This document shows positions 40,135-49,694 of a stretch of 64,000 bases of DNA, piece by piece. A program made the translations under genes and the position numbers. This stretch comes from Anaerolineae bacterium (GTDB lineage Bacteria > Chloroflexota > Anaerolineae > Aggregatilineales > Phototrophicaceae). The notes under the pieces were generated by a model that did not search any database, was not told where the DNA came from, and saw only the letters and a list, made by a program, of their open reading frames with translations. Position 1 is the first letter of the stretch. Each line of letters opens with the position of its first letter. Location of the stretch: the NCBI GenBank assembly GCA_046328615.1, contig JAXLWG010000019.1:25528-89527 (forward strand). Direction: 5' to 3'.

Positions 40135-40971
40135 ATGTATCTCATCACTGGCGCTTCTGGCAATGTCGGTCGTCATATCGTCGCCCAGTTACATGCCCAA
40201 AGGCTACCGGTTCGTGTCCTGAGTCGTACTCCGGAAAAACTGTCGCTACCGGAGGATATTGAAGCGGTGACGGGTGATCTCTCCCAACCGGAAACGCTCG
40301 CACCCGCGCTGAAAGGGGTGACGACAGCGTTCCTGCTCGCCGTTCCGAAATCCGCCGAAGGCTTTGTGGCAGCAGCTCAGCGCGCTGAAGTGAGGCGAGT
40401 GGTCTTTCTTTCCTCGAATGGGGTTGAGGACGGTGTCCCAAAGCAGCGCGATCCGATTGCTGCCTTCCATGCCCAGATTGAACAGACACTCGAAGCGTCA
40501 GGGTTGCGCTGGATCATTATTCGTCCCAGCACCTTTGCAGCCAATGCCCTGCAATGGCAGTGGTCGATCCGCTCGACTAAGCGTGTAAGTCTTCCATTTG
40601 CGCAATCGACGAGCGCACCGGTTCACGAAGCGGATATTGCCGCCGTTGCTGTCCAAGCGCTGATCGATGATCAGCACGACGGCGCCAAGTATCAGGTTAC
40701 AGGGCCTGAATCGCTCACACCGATTGAGCAGATTCAGATTCTTGCTGAGGTTCTGGGCCATCCGATCGATGTAGAAGAAGTGGCACCGGATGCAGCACGG
40801 GCGCAAATGGTGCAGCATGTCCCAGTGCCAATTGTCGACGCACTGTTCACCATTTGGGCGGAGTCGGTGGGTAAACCCGCCTTTGTTTCGAATACCATTG
40901 AAAAGGTGACCGGCAAGCCTGCCCGCACTTTCCGCCAATGGGCGATCGACCACTGCGCTGACTTTCAGTAG
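40135..40971 (+). CDS. NmrA-like NAD(P)H-binding SDR protein
   Basis: LITGASGNVG, RPSTFAAN, VHEADIAAVA, TGPESLT, TGKPARTF..W. Confidence 0.92.
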   Translation: MYLITGASGNVGRHIVAQLHAQRLPVRVLSRTPEKLSLPEDIEAVTGDLSQPETLAPALKGVTTAFLLAVPKSAEGFVAAAQRAEVRRVVFLSSNGVEDGVPKQRDPIAAFHAQIEQTLEASGLRWIIIRPSTFAANALQWQWSIRSTKRVSLPFAQSTSAPVHEADIAAVAVQALIDDQHDGAKYQVTGPESLTPIEQIQILAEVLGHPIDVEEVAPDAARAQMVQHVPVPIVDALFTIWAESVGKPAFVSNTIEKVTGKPARTFRQWAIDHCADFQ

Positions 40972-41564
40972 ACACGGGTAGGTTGACTGGATGTGCGTCG
41001 CCAAACGACTAGAATTTCGCATTGACGACGCATGTCCTCAGGGTAGAGAATCGCGCCCTGTAGGACAAAAGGCAGCAATTCATATCCCATCAAAATTTCA
41101 CGTACAACACCATTAAACTAAGATAGACGCCCTGAGATCGACGGATCGTTACAGCTTGTTCGATGAGTGGAAATACAAAGATGCTCCGGGAAAGCACTGC
41201 GCCGTGCCGAAGACGATCCACTATAGGCTGGTGAAGTGCCAGAAACAGCATACGATTCCGTTTTACGCTGTCCAAGCACACAGCACGATTGCCAAAATCT
41301 TACGCGAAATGGGGTATGTGCAGATCGGTGGAGCTGCCACCGCCGATGGACGAGTGGGAGATGGATTTTTGGAAATCTCACTGAGCGAAGGAAGAGATCC
41401 TAGCGCTTTTCATCGTGGTGGGTGTCAGGGTCGAATGCTGGACTCGTTGGCTGTATGACACTCTCTTATTGGGTTTTCCATTTTTTCCGCCGCCCTACAC
41501 ACGACAAATCATCCGAAATTCGGTAGCATAAAGAAGATCGTATGAGGATGAAAAGCGTTTATCT

Positions 41565-41990
41565 ATGAATTCGTTGAATGATGCACAACGCGAACTTGTC
41601 ACGACCAGTTTTGCCCGCCTTGTTCCCGAAGCCGACCATGTCGCAGGGCTGTTTTATGAGGCGCTGTGGGAAATCGCCCCGGAAACGCGGACGATGTTCG
41701 CCGCCATCGATATGGGCGCACAGGGCTTGAAACTGATGCAAACGCTCGGCGTCGCGGTGCGAGCGCTGCATGACCTGCCCAGCATCGATGCCTATCTGGT
41801 TGATTTAGGCGCACGGCACATCCGCTACGGCGTGAGCAAAGCACACTATGCGCTCGTCAAGCTCGCCTTATTGCGCATGCTGGAGCAGTGCCTTGAGCGT
41901 GATTTCACACCAGCGATGCATGATGCTTGGGGCGCCGCTTATGATTTGATTGCCGCAGCAGCCATGCGGGCTTACGAAATGACGAGCTAA
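41565..41990 (+). CDS. Single-domain globin (flavohemoglobin-like globin domain without reductase)
   Basis: B10 Tyr (LFY), CD1 Phe, E7 Gln (AQGLKL), F8 His (LGARH.RYGV), AW..AY. Confidence 0.93.
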   Translation: MNSLNDAQRELVTTSFARLVPEADHVAGLFYEALWEIAPETRTMFAAIDMGAQGLKLMQTLGVAVRALHDLPSIDAYLVDLGARHIRYGVSKAHYALVKLALLRMLEQCLERDFTPAMHDAWGAAYDLIAAAAMRAYEMTS

Positions 41991-42040
41991 TCCCCCTTAG
42001 CTGCAAAAAACCGATATAAACTTCGTTACATTTGCCCCAA

Positions 42041-42083
42041 ATCGCGTGTAATAAGCGTTCATTAAGCGCTGTGTCCTTAGGAT
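42041..42083 (+). promoter_or_regulatory. SARP-type binding site plus -10 element
   Basis: Heptamers ATCGCGT / TAAGCGT / TAAGCGC at 42041, 42052 and 42063 (11-bp period), then 8 nt, then TAGGAT at 42078. Confidence 0.55.
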
Positions 42084-42146
42084 GGCGACAACATCACCTC
42101 TACACCGTGATGCTTCGTCCACCATTTTCTAAGGAGCAGCGACGTC

Positions 42147-43844
42147 ATGCGACGTGTCATCATCCTGAGCTTATGTTTGATCGCACTGTTTGCTTTGAGC
42201 AGTGCGACCCTCACCTTGGGACAGGGTTTCACAACCCTACCCACCGCAACGCCGAATTCCGATACCGATGGAGACGGCCTGCCGAACACTCGCGATCTAT
42301 GCCCGACAGAACCGGGGCCGCGCGAAAATAATGGTTGCCCGCAGACGTTCCCACCGCCGAACGCACCGCCGGACAACCCACCACCGAACAACCTACCACC
42401 TGCATCAGGCGGAGATAACCCCCAGCCCAGTGGTGACGTCGTCAACCAACCTCCCTTCAATCCGCCTTCGCTGCCGCCTGACCAGTGTTCAGTGACGCCC
42501 GCCCGCGACAATCGTGTCAACGTGCGGCGTTCACCGAGCATGGATGCGGAGGTACTTGGCGTGTTGATGCCCGGTTTGGTGTACCCAGCACTCGGCTACG
42601 TGGTGAATAACGCCGAAGTCTGGATGCAGTTGACCAACTATGAAGGCAGCGACGGCACGGTAGGCTATGCCGCGCAGTCGGTCGTGATGAGCAGCTCATT
42701 CTGCCCGCGCATTGACATCACGATGGGCGATGCTGCCGATGGCTTTACGAGCAATCCCCCCGACCAACCGGATCTGTGCTATTTGTCGGTGGGCTATGAT
42801 CCCGCCTTCTGGGGCAGCGATTATGATGCGCAGTTGGGCGATGATCCAATCGTCTATGCGGCCTTCTACTTCGAACGCCAGCCCGGTCAGCCGATCTTCG
42901 AAGGCACCCCGGTATGGGGCGTCGTCTCGATGGATGGCTACCACGAACTCCCGCCGGACTCACCCCTGTATTTCCAAGACCCGGATCATGCGGTCGCTGT
43001 TGCCAGTGATCAATCCGACATTGATGCGGCTGTGAGCGGCGGACTCGGAACCGCGTTCAATATGGCGTATCCGAACCCGAACGGCGGCGTGCAGGCGGCC
43101 AACGGAACGATTTTCTACCGCCTCAGCGATCCCGAACACGTGGGGAACTGCGGGCCGATCGTCGCGATTGACGATCTGGTCAGCCGCCCGGAAGACGATG
43201 GAGGTGATCCACAGGCACTTCAGTGTTTCACCCATCCGGGCACGACGATTGTCGAGTCGTGCTGGTGCCAGACGAGCGACTCGGCGTGCGTTGATTTCCT
43301 CACCAGCATCTGCTATGGCGGCGGCGCGTATGTCGAAAGTGGGCCGGATATGACGGCCTGCTGGTACGAGCCAGCCCCGGCAGCCGCGGCGAATCGTCCG
43401 GGACGGCTGATCCTTGCGGTGTCCTACCAACTGGGACAAGTCTGCGAGGATGACCTGAGCGTGTGGTGGATTGATCTGCCGCGCCCGACGAACGATCCGT
43501 TTGTGCTGCACGATCTCGGTCATGGGAACTGCAACGATGGGTTTGATCAACTGCCGAGCATGTCTCGCCCCAGCGGAGCCGCCCGCATGATTGCCCGGCT
43601 GCCGCGCCCCGGCATCAATAACCTGACCGGTGAAGCCTCGATCGCGGACTGTGACGCCAACGGCGAGATCGATGCATTCCAGACCCCAACGCCTGACTGT
43701 ATGCTTACCCGCAATGCCGACAAAGAACATGTTTCGTGGTGGCAGCAGGTCTTGGATCTAACCTGCCCCGGCGGCTGGATCATGGCGACCGAAATCGATG
43801 CCGATGGCGACGAAGTCGTGACCGACGCGACCTGCGACGATTAA
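42147..43844 (+). CDS. Secreted acidic Cys-rich protein with a TSP3-like Ca-binding repeat and an SH3b-like domain
   Basis: Signal peptide; DTDGDGLPNTRDLCP...NNGCP; Pro-rich linker; VNVRRSPS..AEVLG; many Cys and Asp residues. Confidence 0.8.
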   Translation: MRRVIILSLCLIALFALSSATLTLGQGFTTLPTATPNSDTDGDGLPNTRDLCPTEPGPRENNGCPQTFPPPNAPPDNPPPNNLPPASGGDNPQPSGDVVNQPPFNPPSLPPDQCSVTPARDNRVNVRRSPSMDAEVLGVLMPGLVYPALGYVVNNAEVWMQLTNYEGSDGTVGYAAQSVVMSSSFCPRIDITMGDAADGFTSNPPDQPDLCYLSVGYDPAFWGSDYDAQLGDDPIVYAAFYFERQPGQPIFEGTPVWGVVSMDGYHELPPDSPLYFQDPDHAVAVASDQSDIDAAVSGGLGTAFNMAYPNPNGGVQAANGTIFYRLSDPEHVGNCGPIVAIDDLVSRPEDDGGDPQALQCFTHPGTTIVESCWCQTSDSACVDFLTSICYGGGAYVESGPDMTACWYEPAPAAAANRPGRLILAVSYQLGQVCEDDLSVWWIDLPRPTNDPFVLHDLGHGNCNDGFDQLPSMSRPSGAARMIARLPRPGINNLTGEASIADCDANGEIDAFQTPTPDCMLTRNADKEHVSWWQQVLDLTCPGGWIMATEIDADGDEVVTDATCDD

Positions 43845-43862
43845 CACACTCATCTTTTCAGC

Positions 43863-43886
43863 CTGAGGAGGTGAACACCTCCTCAG
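43863..43886 (+). terminator. Intergenic hairpin
   Basis: CTGAGGAGGTG-AA-CACCTCCTCAG. Confidence 0.5.
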
Positions 43887-43935
43887 CACATTTTCTATCA
43901 GACAACACAACTCCCACAAGGGAAGGGAACCAGAC

Positions 43936-44364
43936 ATGAGCCTCACGAGTGAACAGAAACAGATTGTCCAGACGACGTTTGGGCAAATCCCAAATGCCGA
44001 TCAACTGGCCGCACGCTTCTACACCCGTTTGTTCGAAATTGACCCGACTACGCAGGTGCTGTTCAAGCATGACATGGCCGCCCAGCGGATGAAACTGGTG
44101 CAAACCTTGGCCGTCGTCGTCCACGGACTGGAGGACTTCGACAGCCTCGTCCCGGCCATTCAAAGCCTCGCACGCCGTCACATCGGGTATGGGGTGAACA
44201 ACGCGCATTGGTCAAGCGTTGGCGCGGCGCTGCTGTGGGCGCTTCAGGAGACATTCGGCACCGCCTACACGTCAGAAGTTCACAGCGCATGGGAGGCGAC
44301 GTATGCGCTGATCACCGAAACTGCACTGGCTGCCGCGCCTGTTGACGAAGGAGATCTTTCATGA
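43936..44364 (+). CDS. Single-domain globin (second copy)
   Basis: RFYTRLFEIDP..QVLF, AQRMKL, LARRHIGYGV, VGAALLWAL, AWEATY. Confidence 0.93.
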   Translation: MSLTSEQKQIVQTTFGQIPNADQLAARFYTRLFEIDPTTQVLFKHDMAAQRMKLVQTLAVVVHGLEDFDSLVPAIQSLARRHIGYGVNNAHWSSVGAALLWALQETFGTAYTSEVHSAWEATYALITETALAAAPVDEGDLS

Positions 44365-45740
44365 TCCGGACACTGCGCGTTCTCAGTATGCTGCTGGTGA
44401 TCGGTCTACTGGTGGCGATCCCGGTCAGTGCGCAGCAGCCGCTAATTACCAGTGGGTGGGATCTGGTCGTATACCAACCGGAAAACGATGCGCTGTACTG
44501 GATCAATGCCCAAGGCGTACAGCGGCAGATGAACCGCCCTCACCTCCCCGATGAAGCCGCATTCCTCGATCTGCGTTTCGCGCCGAGCGGTACAACCCTG
44601 CTCATCGCGGCGCGATTGAATACGGGCGTCGAAGCGCTGGGGATCTATGACCTGAACGCAAGCATGTTTACCGCTGTGCAGATGGCGGCCCCGGGCAGCT
44701 CGATTTCACTCGGTCAGGATACACTTTTCACTGCCGATCAGCATGAAGAGGCCCGCTGGGCACATGGCGGCGACTGGCTGCTGTTCGTCTCGCAGGATGG
44801 GCTGGGCAGCCGGACGTGGAACATTGCCCGTTCCAACGGGACACCAGCAGGTGAAGTCATCGCCCTGAATCCCAATTTTGTGCGCGCTTACGGGACTCCG
44901 GATGGCTACCTGCTCATCACCAACACGGATGGGCTGTTCTTCAGCAGCAATTTCGCGCCCGAAATGATGGTGAGCCTTGCGCAGCTCACACCGAACAGCC
45001 GGATTGCATATCTCACGCCGTCAGGCGCAGCCGGTGGGATCGCACCGCTTCCCAACACAAGCGGTTCCATAATCGATACCACTCCCTCCAATATGCCACC
45101 TGTGACTCCCGCCACTAACACCCCCTCGGTAGTCGTTGCTTCCTGCACCGCCGCGTTGAGTCCGCGGGTGTTCGTAGGCGGCATGGGACGTGTGACGCTG
45201 GATACGCCGACCCTCAACGTGCGTCAGCAGCCCGGCGGTGCCATTGTCACCACCTTTGGCGCAGGCACGACTTTCTATGTGACCAGTGGATTCCAGTGTG
45301 TGCAAGATTTGATGTGGTGGCAGATCGAGCGCTTCGGCATCGTGGGGTGGGTCGCGGAAAGCCTAAATGGACTCTATCTCATTGAACCCTACGCAGGGCC
45401 GATGAGTACCGACCCGACCGATACGCCCGTTCCGCCTGCACCGCCGGTCGTTCCAGTTTGCGGAAGCGCGCTTCCTTCCCGCTTAAGTGTAGGGAGCAGC
45501 GCAACGGTCGTCCAAGATAATCTGCGTCCGTATAATGGGCCGGGCGGCGAGGCACTCGCCCAGCGGTTCTTCCAATCAGGAACGGTAGTCGCCGTCAATG
45601 CCGGGCCGGAATGCACGGGCGGCGAATGGTGGTGGCTCGTCACAGGATCGGCACGAGTTGGGCGGATTGGGCAAAATTACGTTGAGGTTCAGGGCTGGGT
45701 CGCGGAAACGGTTTCTGGTGCGTATAACCTATCCCCGTGA
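44361..45740 (+). CDS. Secreted protein with a beta-rich N-terminal domain and two disulfide-containing SH3-like domains
   Basis: Signal peptide; two repeats C..AL..R..VG....V.....L......GG...G..C....WW...GWVAE; start overlaps the globin stop (ATGA). Confidence 0.8.
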   Translation: MIRTLRVLSMLLVIGLLVAIPVSAQQPLITSGWDLVVYQPENDALYWINAQGVQRQMNRPHLPDEAAFLDLRFAPSGTTLLIAARLNTGVEALGIYDLNASMFTAVQMAAPGSSISLGQDTLFTADQHEEARWAHGGDWLLFVSQDGLGSRTWNIARSNGTPAGEVIALNPNFVRAYGTPDGYLLITNTDGLFFSSNFAPEMMVSLAQLTPNSRIAYLTPSGAAGGIAPLPNTSGSIIDTTPSNMPPVTPATNTPSVVVASCTAALSPRVFVGGMGRVTLDTPTLNVRQQPGGAIVTTFGAGTTFYVTSGFQCVQDLMWWQIERFGIVGWVAESLNGLYLIEPYAGPMSTDPTDTPVPPAPPVVPVCGSALPSRLSVGSSATVVQDNLRPYNGPGGEALAQRFFQSGTVVAVNAGPECTGGEWWWLVTGSARVGRIGQNYVEVQGWVAETVSGAYNLSP

Positions 45741-45771
45741 GATTAGAACACGAGACGGGCGATCCTCTTTG

Positions 45772-45808
45772 GCGCTCCGCGTGGCACGGTGCCACGCGGA
45801 GCGCTTTT
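45772..45808 (+). terminator. Rho-independent terminator
   Basis: Perfect 16-bp arms GCGCTCCGCGTGGCAC-G-GTGCCACGCGGAGCGC followed by TTTT. Confidence 0.75.
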
Positions 45809-45879
45809 CAGAAAGCGAAGTATAGTGAAAAGATATTTAGACGCTGGCCGCATCAGCATTAGAAGTTGAAAGTCTGATC

Positions 45880-46341
45880 ATGGCGTATAACGTCTTCTGG
45901 ATTGTCGAGCACCGGGTGCTGTATATCGACGAGAGTGAACAGATCACGCTTGAGGACATTCGGTTGTCCACACGGGAAACCGCCGCTGCCATGGATGAAG
46001 CCTACCAAAGTGGTGCCGCACTCATTATCGGCATTTTGAATGTGAGCCACGCTGATCTCAGCCGTCTGATGCGATCGGTTGTGACGACCACGGTGGATGA
46101 AATCGCGTCGGTAATCGACCCGCGTTTGTGGAAGGCTAAACCGGGATTCATCATCCTGATCACCGCCAGCGAAACGGCCAAAATGTTGTTATCGCTCGTG
46201 ATACGGCTGTCATCACAGCCGATGACGACGGTGGGCACGGTCGAAGAAGCGCTGACCGTCGTCAGCTATATGTACCCGGAACTGGCAGACGCTCTGAAAT
46301 CGTATCGGCATGACGATCGCTCGGCTGGAACGCCATCGTAG
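45880..46341 (+). CDS. STAS/SEC14 (SpoIIAA-like) domain protein
   Basis: W.VEHRVLYI......ITLEDI ... IIGILNVS ... TVEEAL.......PEL pattern. Confidence 0.65.
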   Translation: MAYNVFWIVEHRVLYIDESEQITLEDIRLSTRETAAAMDEAYQSGAALIIGILNVSHADLSRLMRSVVTTTVDEIASVIDPRLWKAKPGFIILITASETAKMLLSLVIRLSSQPMTTVGTVEEALTVVSYMYPELADALKSYRHDDRSAGTPS

Positions 46342-46383
46342 CACGACGTTGAGGTAGTTTGAGGAAGCGCAGACGCGAAGCTC

Positions 46384-49374
46384 ATGAAGTCGGCGATCAA
46401 AGTCACCACGTTTGGCAAACTGGTTATTGAGCGCGATGGCAGGGTCGTGGATCGCTTTGTTTCGCTGAAAGCGATGCTGCTGTTCGTGTATCTCGCCCTG
46501 CATCCGGGTGATCATCCTCGTAAGAAGTTGGCAGCGCTTTTCTGGGCTGAAACCACCGACGAGCAAGCGCTGAAGAACCTGCGCACAGTACTGTCCAATC
46601 TGCGCCAACTGCTGGGGGATGCGCTGCTGACCTCCCACGAGGACATCTCGATCGATCCCGACGTGCTCCTCGAAGTGGATGCAATTCAATTCGAACGCGG
46701 TTTCAACTCGGTCTTTTCGGCAGCCGCGCCGCTGGATCGACTGCGTGCTATGCAGTCGTTGGAAGCGATTTACCAAGGTGACTTTCTTGCGGCACTGGTG
46801 ATCCGCGATGCGGACGCCCTGAACGAGTGGATCGAGGCCTGCCAGCGGCAGTATCAAGAACAGTACCGTCACCTGTTGTATGAACTCACCGAGCTGTCGA
46901 TTCAGCAGGGGAGTTATGAAACCGGGCTGGGCTATGCCCGGAAGTTGATCCAGTTGGATGGTTTGTGGGATGCCGCGCAGCGCCAGTTGATGCTGCTGCT
47001 GGCCTACACCGACCGCTTTAACGAAGCGCTCGTGCAGTACCGGCAGTTCTGCGAGCGGTTGCAGCAAGAACTGGACGCTGAACCGGAAACCGAAACCACC
47101 GAACTCGCAGAACGCATCCGTGATCGGTCTATCACTCCGCCGAAGGCGGCGGCTGTTCCGGCGCTGGTACTGCCCGACGTTCCGTACGTCGAACCCGCCG
47201 ACGATATTGAACTGGCACAGCGCATGTTGAATACGCCGCACTGCCGCCTGCTCACCGTGTACGGTATCGGTGGCATTGGCAAAACGGCGCTGGTGACTCA
47301 ACTGGCGTTTCATCGGCAGCACCGTTATCGCGATGGCGCGTGCTTCATCTCTCTGGGTACCGCTCAGACGGAACGCGATCTGCTGGAGCATGTCGCCAGC
47401 GCGCTCAATGTGCAGTTTGGCGGTAGTATCGAGTCAGAGACGCTGCTGCATCACCTACTCGATCACCTAAAAACGCGAGAATTGTTGATCGTGCTGGACA
47501 ATTACGAGCAGCTCCTGCCGGAGACGCGCTTTGTTCAGCAGGTGCTGGATACGACGCCGTCGGTGCAGCTCATCGTCACGTCCCACATGCCGCTGGGGAT
47601 GTACCGGGAATGGCTGCTGCCACTGCGGGGACTGCGCGTACCGCGTATCAACGACCCCGATCCAGAGGAATATGAGGCGATTCAGCTTTTTCAACTGACG
47701 GCACAGCGGATCAATCCGCATTTTCAGGTGAGCGATGCGCTCCCCGAAGTGATTCGCATCTGCCAGCTTGTGGACTGCCTGCCGCTTGGCATTATCATCG
47801 CCGCTGGGTGGGTTCAGTACATTGCGCCTGCCGACATCCTCACCATGATGGAGCAGGATCTGCTGCAAGTAGAAGCCATCCATCACGATCTTCTGCCGCG
47901 CCACCAGAGCTTCTACGGCCTGATGAACGCGATGCTGGCGCACTTGTCGCCCAACGAGCAGCACGCGCTGATGTGCCTGTCGATATTCGAAGGCAGCTTC
48001 GATGTCAAGGCGGCGCTCGCGGTCGCAGCCCTGAACATGAAAAGCTTCAAGGTGCTGACGGATAAATCGCTCGTGCAATCGGTCGAGGGCTTCCGCTACA
48101 ACGTGCACCGCGTGGTGCGGACAGCCTTCCGGACGCAGCTCGAACATTCCCCGGAACTTCCCCAGATCGCCCAACGGTTTGCGGCCCATTTTCAGGGCTG
48201 GTGCGATGCCTTTTTCGAACGCGGCGTACCGCTGCATGACATCATGCACACACTCGACATCGAAGCGCATAATTTGTGGGATGTCATGGGGCTGTCCACG
48301 CTGGAGCGTCAGCGATTTCTGCTGCACATTTCGCCCGCCATGCACGAATACTGGGTGAATCGTGGTTACCATGCGAAAGGTCTCCTCTCACTGCTTGATG
48401 AGGGAGGACATCACCCGTCCATCGAGCCACAAACGCGGGTTCGTGGTCTGACGACGCTGGCGCGCCTGTTCGAACGCACCAGCCAGTACGAAAAAGCGTG
48501 GCAAACCTGCAAGGAAGCACTAGCCTTGGAAGACGGTCTGCACATGTCGGATTTTCGGGCGCGGGTGCTGCGCGTCATGTCGGAGATTTGTGTGCGACAG
48601 GGCCGTTACGCAGAAGCGGAAACCTATTCGCGTGCGATCATCGCCATGGAACCGCAGACTTCTACGCAAATGTCGCCGCAGTTCGAGCGGTTAATCACGC
48701 TGGCGTATGAGGATCTCGGCGGGATGCTGATCGCGCAGGGACAGTACGACGCGGCGCGCATGTACCTCGACATCGCCCATCGCCAATGGGTGAAATTGAA
48801 CGACCCGCTGCGACAAGCGGTGACGCGAAACTATGTGGGTCTGATCGCGCTGAAACAGAATCAGCATGAAGAGGCTTTCAGGATCTTTGTCGATGTGCTG
48901 AATCATGCGCGTACAGCGCAAAACCAAACACTGATCGCCGTTTTTTCGGTGCATCTGGGCATTGCGGCTGTCGCGCTCGGAGATATACCGCTGGCCTGCG
49001 CTCTGCATGAAGAGGCACTCCTAATCGCCGTTCAGATTGACCGGAAAGTGAGCATTACCCATGCGCTCGATCATATATCGCGATTGGGCGCATCTTTCGG
49101 TTGGTACGACAGCGCTGCTCAGTTGGTGGGGTTCGCCGATGCCCTTCGTGAACAGGTCGGTTTGTCGATCAGCCCTCATAATCAGGCCGAGCACAGTGCA
49201 CATTTACGCAATCTCCAAATCGCCCTTAAGGATCAGTTCAAAGCCCATTACCAAGCGGGAAAAGCGATGGGCTTATCCGTAGCAGTTCAAAGAGCATTAG
49301 CTTTATTGAATGCGTTTCAGCACGTCATTCAGGCTCAATCCACCACCACTTCTGACAAGGTCGTCTTGGACTAA
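46384..49374 (+). CDS. AfsR/SARP family regulator (wHTH-BTAD-NB-ARC-TPR)
   Basis: LLFVYLAL..R.KLAALFW..QALKNLRTVLS; YQGDFL; BTAD domain; Walker A GIGGIGKT; LIVLDNYEQL; LPLGI; C-terminal TPRs. Confidence 0.93.
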   Translation: MKSAIKVTTFGKLVIERDGRVVDRFVSLKAMLLFVYLALHPGDHPRKKLAALFWAETTDEQALKNLRTVLSNLRQLLGDALLTSHEDISIDPDVLLEVDAIQFERGFNSVFSAAAPLDRLRAMQSLEAIYQGDFLAALVIRDADALNEWIEACQRQYQEQYRHLLYELTELSIQQGSYETGLGYARKLIQLDGLWDAAQRQLMLLLAYTDRFNEALVQYRQFCERLQQELDAEPETETTELAERIRDRSITPPKAAAVPALVLPDVPYVEPADDIELAQRMLNTPHCRLLTVYGIGGIGKTALVTQLAFHRQHRYRDGACFISLGTAQTERDLLEHVASALNVQFGGSIESETLLHHLLDHLKTRELLIVLDNYEQLLPETRFVQQVLDTTPSVQLIVTSHMPLGMYREWLLPLRGLRVPRINDPDPEEYEAIQLFQLTAQRINPHFQVSDALPEVIRICQLVDCLPLGIIIAAGWVQYIAPADILTMMEQDLLQVEAIHHDLLPRHQSFYGLMNAMLAHLSPNEQHALMCLSIFEGSFDVKAALAVAALNMKSFKVLTDKSLVQSVEGFRYNVHRVVRTAFRTQLEHSPELPQIAQRFAAHFQGWCDAFFERGVPLHDIMHTLDIEAHNLWDVMGLSTLERQRFLLHISPAMHEYWVNRGYHAKGLLSLLDEGGHHPSIEPQTRVRGLTTLARLFERTSQYEKAWQTCKEALALEDGLHMSDFRARVLRVMSEICVRQGRYAEAETYSRAIIAMEPQTSTQMSPQFERLITLAYEDLGGMLIAQGQYDAARMYLDIAHRQWVKLNDPLRQAVTRNYVGLIALKQNQHEEAFRIFVDVLNHARTAQNQTLIAVFSVHLGIAAVALGDIPLACALHEEALLIAVQIDRKVSITHALDHISRLGASFGWYDSAAQLVGFADALREQVGLSISPHNQAEHSAHLRNLQIALKDQFKAHYQAGKAMGLSVAVQRALALLNAFQHVIQAQSTTTSDKVVLD

Positions 49375-49694
49375 AAGATTACAATTCTTATAGATAGCCC
49401 TTCGAGATTCTAAGCACTCGGCTTATCAATGCAACAAGACAGTCTGCAATGATTGACCACAGCGTCTAGCAAATATACATCCCCTTACGAGCCAAAAAGT
49501 GTAGGTGTTTATCTTTTCAGCGAGGACACACTTAAGTCAACCTCGCTGGCTGCTCTGTGCGCGATTGCGCGGATGATTTTTGCGTTTCCAAGGTGACGCT
49601 CGTCTGGACTGCGCATGCTGGATGTCCTTTTGCTACCCCTCCGGGGAAGCGTAATATTGGCCTTCCAGTCGAATGTGCTGCCAATTGAGCCTCA

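Noticed and set aside
41156-41458. 100-aa ORF upstream of the first globin
   Set aside because: Possibly a gene remnant, but no family was recognised and there is no clear start signal.
46213-48372. 392-aa and 301-aa minus-strand ORFs
   Set aside because: Antisense to the well-supported SARP gene; no recognisable domains.
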